Below, in pieces: positions 34,825 through 45,348 of a stretch of DNA of 45,348 nucleotides. The stretch covers positions 1 to 45,348 of the forward strand of contig JAFZVH010000042.1 in assembly GCA_017617915.1 (NCBI GenBank), in the 5' to 3' direction. Position 1 is the stretch's first letter; every line of letters starts with the position of its first letter. A program made the translations under genes and the position numbers. Origin of the DNA: Alphaproteobacteria bacterium. GTDB lineage: Bacteria; Pseudomonadota; Alphaproteobacteria; Rs-D84. Below the pieces are notes generated by a model. It did no database searches, was not told the origin of the DNA, and saw only the letters and a list, made by a program, of their open reading frames with translations.

Positions 34825-37800
34825 TTACAAATCCAGCAACTGTTGATGTTCGCCACCTTCGCGTGCCAATTTTTCCGCCTTTTCTTCGGCCTTGGCAATT
34901 TCGCGAACACGACGGACATATGCACCAGTACCAATTGGAATCAGTCGACCAACAATGACGTTTTCATTGATACCAACCAGTTTATCTGTTGCACCATTGA
35001 TTGCCGCATCTACCAACACCTTTGTTGTCTGTTGGAACGATGCGTTAGAAATGAACGAACGCGTTGTAAGTGATGCACGTGTAAGCCCAACCAAGACCTG
35101 GGAGGCAACCGCCGGACGGCCACCATCGTGCACGACACGCGCATTTTCTTCTTCAAAGTCAACGCGGTCAACAACATGGCCCATAAGGAAGCCTGTATCA
35201 CCTGGGTCTGTGATTTCAACGCGACGCGTCATTTCACGTATCAAAATCTCGATATGCTTGTCGTTGATGGACACACCCTGCAAGCGATAAACTTGTTGAA
35301 TCTGTTCCACCATAAAGGTTGCCAACGCTTTTTGACCCAAGATACGCAAGATATCTTGTGGTACTGGGTCACCATCGACCAACTTGTCTGCTTTCTTGAC
35401 AACATCACCGCTGCGCACCAACAGATTTGTTCCCTTTGGTACCGCATATTCAACTGGCGCGGTTCCGTCATCAGGTTCAATACGAACAATAATCTTGGTT
35501 TTCGCATCTTCCAGTTCAACCGTACCATCGATTTCGGCCAACAATGCAGGGTTCGCAGGACGGCGAACTTCCAACAATTCTTCAACGCGCGGCAAACCAC
35601 CGGTAATATCGCCTGTACGTTTTGCCTGAACAGGGATACGCGCCAAAACATCGCCTGCTGCAACTGTTGCACCATCGGAAACCATCAACAACGAATGTAT
35701 CGGCAACAAGTATTCTGCAATCTTTTTGCCACCCAATGATAACACATCGCCTTTTTCATTGACCAAGCGAATTGCAGGTTGCAAGGCTTTCTTTGTGTTG
35801 CTCTTCCAATTTATAACCTTGCGCGAAGCAATACCTGTCATAGAATCAACTTCTTCTTGGAAGGAAACATTTTCAATCAAGTCATTCAGACTGACTATAC
35901 CGTCTTTTTCTGCAATGATTGTATTGGAATATGGATCCCATTCTGCAACCTTAGCGCCCTTTTCAACTGTATCACCATCGTTGACAATAAGCATAGATGC
36001 ATATGGCAATCCGCAAGTGAATAATTCATCACCCTTGTCGGAAACCACAGAAATCTTGCCATTGCGCGACAGAACAACAATACGGCCTGCAGAATTCTTA
36101 ATCGTGTTCACGCCAACAAGTTTAATCTTACCCGCGACAGGAACTTCGATATAATGGCTTTCTGCACCGCCAGATGCAATACCACCAATATGGAAAGTAC
36201 GCAATGTCAACTGGGTTCCAGGTTCACCAATGGATTGACCCGCAACCAAACCAACCGCTTCGCCAACATGCACCAGTGCCTGACGCGACAAATCCATACC
36301 ATAGCACTTTGCGCACAGACCATCGCTGCAGCAAGTCAGCACACTGCGCACATCAACACTTGGCAAACCAGATTCATTGATTTTGCGCGCAGCAACTTTG
36401 GTAATCAGTTCGCCCGCTGGCACAATAACTTCTTTGGTAATCGGATGCACAACATCATGCGCCGCAGTACGACCCAAAACAACATCGCCCAGTGGAACAG
36501 ACAGTGTGCTGCCCTGATATACCGGCTTTGCGGTGATATATTCTGTTGTACCGCAATCGTGTTCAGTAATAACCGTATTCAACGCCAAATCGACCAAACG
36601 ACGTGTCAAATAACCCGCCTGAGCCGTCTTTAACGCGGTATCGGACAAACCTTTACGCGCACCATGGGTTGACGTAAAGTATTCCGCCATGGTCAGGCCT
36701 TCTTTAAAGTTCGAAATAATTGGAACTTCGATAATAGAACCGTCTGGTTTCTGCATCATACCACGCATACCCGCCAACTGTTGAATCTGGCCTTTGGAAC
36801 CACGAGCCTTGGAAACCGCCATCATGTGGATAGAGTTCCAATTATCACCCTTGGTCTTGCCCAAACCGCTAAACGCCAAATCCCCAAGTTTTTCGGTTGT
36901 TCTTTGCCACATATCAATCAATTTGTTATAACGTTCACCACCAGACAACAAACCGTTTTGATATTGTTCTTCGATTTCCTTGGCTGCCTTTTCTGCCGCC
37001 GCAATCATTTCAGCCTTTTCTTCTGGAATGACAACATCGTCAAACCCAATAGAAATACCACTGCGTGCCGCCTGTTCGAAACCAGTATTCTTTAATGCGT
37101 CCGCCAACAAAATCATCGCTTTGTCGCCACAACGTTCATAGGTCAAGGACAACAGAGATTCCAAATCACCACGACCCATAACCTTGTTCACCAAATCAAA
37201 TGGCATATTGTCAGACTTTGGCAACAACTGACCAATAATCATACGACCGGCCGTTGTCTTATAGTTCTTGCCATTTATGCGCGCGACAATTGGTGTATGC
37301 AATGTGATAGTTTTGTTTTCCAACGCCAATTCCACTTCGTCCATATTGGCAAAGCGCGGTGACTTTTCTGTGTGTTCGCCGTTTATCAGGGAAATATAGT
37401 AAATACCCAAAACCATGTCTTGTGATGGAACGGTCATAGGCTCACCATTGGCCGGCGACAAAATGTTGTTTGTGGATAACATCAAAGTACGCGCTTCCAA
37501 TTGCGCTTCCAATGAAATTGGAACGTGTACAGCCATCTGGTCACCGTCAAAGTCAGCGTTAAAGCCCTTGCAAACCAGTGGATGCAGACGAATTGCCTTG
37601 CCTTCAATCAAGATTGGTTCAAACGCCAACAAAGATAATCTGTGCAAAGTTGGGGCGCGGTTCAGCAATACAGGATGTTCGTGGATAACCTTTTCCAAGA
37701 TTTCCCAAACGATATCTTCACCGTTTTCAACCATCTTGCGAGCGGTCTTTAATGTATTAGCATAATCACCCGCCATCAAGCGCGCAAATACAAATGGCTT

Positions 37801-38934
37801 AAACAATTCCAATGCCATTGCCTTTGGCAACCCAACCTGATGCATTTTCAATGATGGTCCAGACACAATCACGCTGCGGCCAGAATAATCAACACGTTTA
37901 CCCAACATATACATACGGAAACGACCCGCCTTACCATGCAATGCCCCAGACAAAGACTTAAGTGGTCTGCGATTCTGGGAAACCATTGGGCGCGACTTGT
38001 GTTCATTATCGAACAAGGAATCGACCGCTTCTTGCAACATACGCTTTTCATTACGAATAATGATTTCTGGTGCATGCATTTCCATAAAGCGTTTCAGACG
38101 ATTGTTACGAATAATAACGCGGCGATACAAATCATTCAAATCAGATGCCGCAACATGCCCCGCATCCAATGTCACCAAAGGACGCATATCTGGTGGAATA
38201 ACCGGAATAATATCAGGCAACATCCACGCTGGTTCTGTTTTAGAATCCAAGAACGCTTCAACCAATTTTAATTGTTTGATGATAGATTTGCGTTTAGCTT
38301 CGGATTTTGTTTCCGCCAATTCTGCGCGCAGACGTGTTCTTTCATCGCCCATATCAAGGTTCGCAATAATTTCACGAACACCTTCGGCACCAATGCCAAC
38401 GCGGAAACTATCTGGACCAAATTCTTCAACCGCCGCACGATATTCATCTTCACTGATAACATCGTACTGTTTCAGATTTGTCAGCCCCGGTTCAATAACA
38501 ATATAAGCATCATAGGAAACAACCTGTTCTAACTTCTTTTGTGACAGATTGTTCAACAAAGTTGCAATTTTGCCCTCGCGCAGGAACCAAGTGTGCGCCA
38601 CAGGCATTGCCAATTTAATATGTCCCATACGTTCACGACGAACAGATGCAGAACCAACCTCGACCCCGCAACGTTCGCAGATAACACCGCGGAATTTGAT
38701 TCTTTTATACTTTCCGCATGCACATTCATAGTCTTTCACAGGACCAAAAATCTTTTGACAGAACAATCCATCCGGTTCTGGTTTCAACGAATGATAGTTG
38801 ATTGTTTCTGGTTTGGTCACTTCGCCATGGGACCAAGACAGAATTTCTTCTGGCGATGCAATTGTAATGCGCAGCGCATCAAACTGTTCTCTGGTTTCAA
38901 TTTGTCCAAATATCTTTTGCAACATATTTGCCAT
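34825..38934 (-). CDS. rpoC: RNA polymerase beta' subunit
   Basis: N-terminal Zn finger, NADFDGD, bridge helix, GEPGTQLT, DITGGLPR. Confidence 0.99.
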   Translation of the reverse strand: MANMLQKIFGQIETREQFDALRITIASPEEILSWSHGEVTKPETINYHSLKPEPDGLFCQKIFGPVKDYECACGKYKRIKFRGVICERCGVEVGSASVRRERMGHIKLAMPVAHTWFLREGKIATLLNNLSQKKLEQVVSYDAYIVIEPGLTNLKQYDVISEDEYRAAVEEFGPDSFRVGIGAEGVREIIANLDMGDERTRLRAELAETKSEAKRKSIIKQLKLVEAFLDSKTEPAWMLPDIIPVIPPDMRPLVTLDAGHVAASDLNDLYRRVIIRNNRLKRFMEMHAPEIIIRNEKRMLQEAVDSLFDNEHKSRPMVSQNRRPLKSLSGALHGKAGRFRMYMLGKRVDYSGRSVIVSGPSLKMHQVGLPKAMALELFKPFVFARLMAGDYANTLKTARKMVENGEDIVWEILEKVIHEHPVLLNRAPTLHRLSLLAFEPILIEGKAIRLHPLVCKGFNADFDGDQMAVHVPISLEAQLEARTLMLSTNNILSPANGEPMTVPSQDMVLGIYYISLINGEHTEKSPRFANMDEVELALENKTITLHTPIVARINGKNYKTTAGRMIIGQLLPKSDNMPFDLVNKVMGRGDLESLLSLTYERCGDKAMILLADALKNTGFEQAARSGISIGFDDVVIPEEKAEMIAAAEKAAKEIEEQYQNGLLSGGERYNKLIDMWQRTTEKLGDLAFSGLGKTKGDNWNSIHMMAVSKARGSKGQIQQLAGMRGMMQKPDGSIIEVPIISNFKEGLTMAEYFTSTHGARKGLSDTALKTAQAGYLTRRLVDLALNTVITEHDCGTTEYITAKPVYQGSTLSVPLGDVVLGRTAAHDVVHPITKEVIVPAGELITKVAARKINESGLPSVDVRSVLTCCSDGLCAKCYGMDLSRQALVHVGEAVGLVAGQSIGEPGTQLTLRTFHIGGIASGGAESHYIEVPVAGKIKLVGVNTIKNSAGRIVVLSRNGKISVVSDKGDELFTCGLPYASMLIVNDGDTVEKGAKVAEWDPYSNTIIAEKDGIVSLNDLIENVSFQEEVDSMTGIASRKVINWKSNTKKALQPAIRLVNEKGDVLSLGGKKIAEYLLPIHSLLMVSDGATVAAGDVLARIPVQAKRTGDITGGLPRVEELLEVRRPANPALLAEIDGTVELEDAKTKIIVRIEPDDGTAPVEYAVPKGTNLLVRSGDVVKKADKLVDGDPVPQDILRILGQKALATFMVEQIQQVYRLQGVSINDKHIEILIREMTRRVEITDPGDTGFLMGHVVDRVDFEEENARVVHDGGRPAVASQVLVGLTRASLTTRSFISNASFQQTTKVLVDAAINGATDKLVGINENVIVGRLIPIGTGAYVRRVREIAKAEEKAEKLAREGGEHQQLLDL

Positions 38935-38951
38935 TTTTCTAAGCTCCTTAC

Positions 38952-38983
38952 TTAGTGTTAGTGGTTAGTGTTAGTGGTTAGTG
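38952..38983. repeat. TTAGTG(G) short tandem repeat in the rpoB-rpoC spacer
   Basis: ttagtg-ttagtgg-ttagtg-ttagtgg-ttagtg, next to a gccagtgg/ccactggc hairpin. Confidence 0.85.
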
Positions 38984-39022
38984 CCAGTGGCGCTTTACAC
39001 CACTGGCGGCTAATACTTTCCA

Positions 39023-43159
<4,137 letters not shown>

Positions 43160-43323
43160 GGGTTTCAATCCTTTTTTTATGTGCGTTTTGCAAACGAAAC
43201 TGTTTTTATCTCTTTTTCCGCCCGCGACCCGCCACAGAAATTTATCCTATGACGGGCGTCGGACGCATCACGAAAGTCGTGACAACTATTTTTTTGAACC
43301 ACTTGGGTTCGGGATAGAACTGA

Positions 43324-43692
43324 TTATTTCAATTCTACTTTTGCGCCAGCGGCTTCGATAGAAGCTTTCATTTTTTCTGCTTCATCTTTCGCAACGGCTT
43401 CTTTCACTGTCTTTGGTGCAGATTCAACCAATGCTTTGGCTTCACTCAGACCCAAACCTGTGATTTCTTTCACAGCCTTGATAACGGCCAATTTGTTTGC
43501 ACCAACATCTGTCAGAACAACATCAAATTCTGACTTTTCTTCAGCAGCGGCACCCGCAGCTGGACCAGCAGCAACAGCTACTGCCGCAGCGGCGCTAACG
43601 CCCCATGTTTCTTCCAACGCTTTGGACAGTTCAACTGCTTCCAAAACGGTCAATTTAGACAATTCTTCAACCAATTTTTGAATGTCTGCCAT
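43324..43692 (-). CDS. rplL: 50S ribosomal protein L7/L12
   Basis: [28 protein letters not shown]. Confidence 0.98.
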   Translation of the reverse strand: MADIQKLVEELSKLTVLEAVELSKALEETWGVSAAAAVAVAAGPAAGAAAEEKSEFDVVLTDVGANKLAVIKAVKEITGLGLSEAKALVESAPKTVKEAVAKDEAEKMKASIEAAGAKVELK

Positions 43693-43737
43693 TTTTTGCT
43701 CCTATTTGTGATTATTGGAAACAAATTCCCAATAATT

Positions 43738-44217
43738 TTATTGATTCTTTTTTCCATACTCTGCGGTAACACGTGCGATACGGGATCCTGGTTCGACCAA
43801 GATACGCGCGATTTTGCCACGAATTTCCAACAGTGAAGGAAGCTTGGATAATTGCACAATGTCATCCACACCCAAGACACCCGCGTCCATTTTACCACCA
43901 ACGATGGTTAAATTTGGATGTTCTTCGGCGAATTTGACCAAGACCTTGGTGACGGCCAGACCGTCAGTTGCAACCGCAACCGCAGTTGGGCGTTTCATAA
44001 GGTCAGATACGGCCACGAAATCGGTATCTTGCAACGCCAATTTCATCAAACGGTTTTTGACAACTTTGAAAACAGAAACCAATGGGCGCAATTCATTGCG
44101 CAGGCCTTCCATTTCTTTAACTGTCAAACCATGGTTTTCAACAACGAAAACACCGTTTGCTTCTTTCAAGGATGACTGCAACGCTGAAATCAAGTTTGAT
44201 TTTTCTTCGCGTTTCAT
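43738..44217 (-). CDS. rplJ: 50S ribosomal protein L10
   Basis: MKREEK, GLTV, VVKNRL, LSKLPS; lies between rplA and rplL. Confidence 0.96.
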   Translation of the reverse strand: MKREEKSNLISALQSSLKEANGVFVVENHGLTVKEMEGLRNELRPLVSVFKVVKNRLMKLALQDTDFVAVSDLMKRPTAVAVATDGLAVTKVLVKFAEEHPNLTIVGGKMDAGVLGVDDIVQLSKLPSLLEIRGKIARILVEPGSRIARVTAEYGKKNQ

Positions 44218-44323
44218 CTTTTTACCCTTACTTCTGGTTCGGGTGGCGAACCACACAAACCAACTTTTGTTAAACTTTCCATCCGATTTTCATCGGGATG
44301 GGACCTTTTCCTGTCCCAAAGAA

Positions 44324-44378
44324 TTGTCTTTGTCTATGATGGAAATTAAGCGTTTCCGCACCATCAGTCACGGACAGA
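44324..44378 (-). promoter_or_regulatory. L10 leader (autoregulatory RNA)
   Basis: Minus strand gtccgtgac-tgatgg...ttaat..ccatca-tagac fits the L10-leader layout; upstream of rplJ. Confidence 0.7.
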
Positions 44379-44420
44379 AATCTTGTTTGTGGCTTGGGGC
44401 GCACCCCAAACCACATTTTA

Positions 44421-45095
44421 TTATTTTACATCGATATGCAGGCCTGGACCTTGGGTTGTTGCAATTGCTGCACCCACGATATATTGACCTTTGACCGACG
44501 CAGGTTTAACCTTTTTCAATTGTTCGATTAACGCATTTGCATTTTCGACCAATTTATCGGTTGCGAAAGACATTTTACCAATGCCCGCGTGAATGATACC
44601 ATTCTTTTCTGCACGATATTCAATTTGACCCGCCTTGGCACTTGCCACCGCCGCCGCGACATCATTTGTAACCGTACCCAATTTTGGATTCGGCATCAGG
44701 CCCTTTGGACCCAAGACGCGTGCAACTTTGGACATCTTTGGCATCATTTCAGGTGTTGCAATAACACGATCAAAGTCAATCTGACCCGCCGCAACTTTTT
44801 CGATTAAATCTTCGCCGCCAACAACATCAGCGCCCGCCTTTTTGGCATCTTCTTGTTTGTCATTGGTAAATACAGCGACACGAACTTTTTTGCCTGTGCC
44901 ATTTGGCAAAGACAACATTCCGCGAATATTTTGATCCGCCTTGGTCACATCGATATCCAAGCGAACTGCGATTTCCAAACTTTCATCGAACTTTTTGGAC
45001 GCAAATGGGCGCAACGCTTCAATCGCATCTGCAACCGCATAGACTTTGCTTTTGTCCAATTCAGCCCATGTTTTTTGTCTTTTTGTCAGTTTCAT
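44421..45095 (-). CDS. rplA: 50S ribosomal protein L1
   Basis: KFDES, LPNGTGK, LGPKGLMPNPKLGTVT. Confidence 0.98.
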   Translation of the reverse strand: MKLTKRQKTWAELDKSKVYAVADAIEALRPFASKKFDESLEIAVRLDIDVTKADQNIRGMLSLPNGTGKKVRVAVFTNDKQEDAKKAGADVVGGEDLIEKVAAGQIDFDRVIATPEMMPKMSKVARVLGPKGLMPNPKLGTVTNDVAAAVASAKAGQIEYRAEKNGIIHAGIGKMSFATDKLVENANALIEQLKKVKPASVKGQYIVGAAIATTQGPGLHIDVK

Positions 45096-45098
45096 AGC

Positions 45099-45348
45099 TT
45101 ATTCCTCCACCTTTACGCCCATTGAACGGCATTGACCCGCAACGATATTCATCGCAGATTCAACGGTAGAGCAATTCAAGTCCGGCATTTTGTTTTCTGC
45201 AATTTCTTTGATTTGCGCTTTGGTAATAGTGCCAACGAAATCACGACCTGGCTTATGAGAACCAATCTTTAATTTCAACGCCTTTTTGATATAGTAAGAA
45301 ACCGGCGGCAATTTCATAATAAATTCGAAACTGCGATCCGTATAGACG
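45099..45348 (-). CDS. rplK: 50S ribosomal protein L11 (5'-truncated by the window edge)
   Basis: [15 protein letters not shown]...KMPDLN...GQCRSMGV; frame stays open to the window end. Confidence 0.96.
   Translation of the reverse strand, partial: VYTDRSFEFIMKLPPVSYYIKKALKLKIGSHKPGRDFVGTITKAQIKEIAENKMPDLNCSTVESAMNIVAGQCRSMGVKVEE

Noticed and set aside
43170-43323. Novel ncRNA between rplL and rpoB
   Set aside because: Short hairpins here are expected from the usual rplL-rpoB attenuator/processing region; nothing more specific is supportable

Overview
A mostly core-chromosomal window from a small-genome alphaproteobacterium. The RpoB/RpoC style, olsB-olsA, fabH-ihfA and several Cys-rich secreted orphans suggest a gut-associated Rs-D84/Enterousia-like lineage (inference). 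It holds the end of the rplK-rplA-rplJ-rplL-rpoB-rpoC cluster, rpmF-plsX, fabH-ihfA, glyQS, proS, lgt, hemW, an M13 peptidase, an MltB-family enzyme, ornithine-lipid genes, a PLD/ClsC-type enzyme, ldh, sodB, cvpA, a U32-family protein, a three-gene glycosyltransferase cassette (GT2, GT11, DUF6492-like), three outer-membrane beta-barrels and four tRNAs (Glu, Asp, Arg, Thr). No integrase, transposase or CRISPR array is visible. The most unusual signals: (1) a nested repeat structure at the tRNA-Glu 3' end, with a duplicated tRNA end, an inverted T-arm copy, a duplicated terminator and a captured transglutaminase-like gene; (2) a stand-alone C4-type antisense-RNA cassette upstream of a 51-aa orphan ORF missed by the ORF track; (3) a tandem stem-loop motif in a porin leader; (4) an in-frame TAA splitting a glycine-zipper gene; (5) clustered substitutions in normally near-invariant RNA polymerase switch and lid motifs; (6) an apparent ~9 kb inversion separating plsX from fabH-ihfA.
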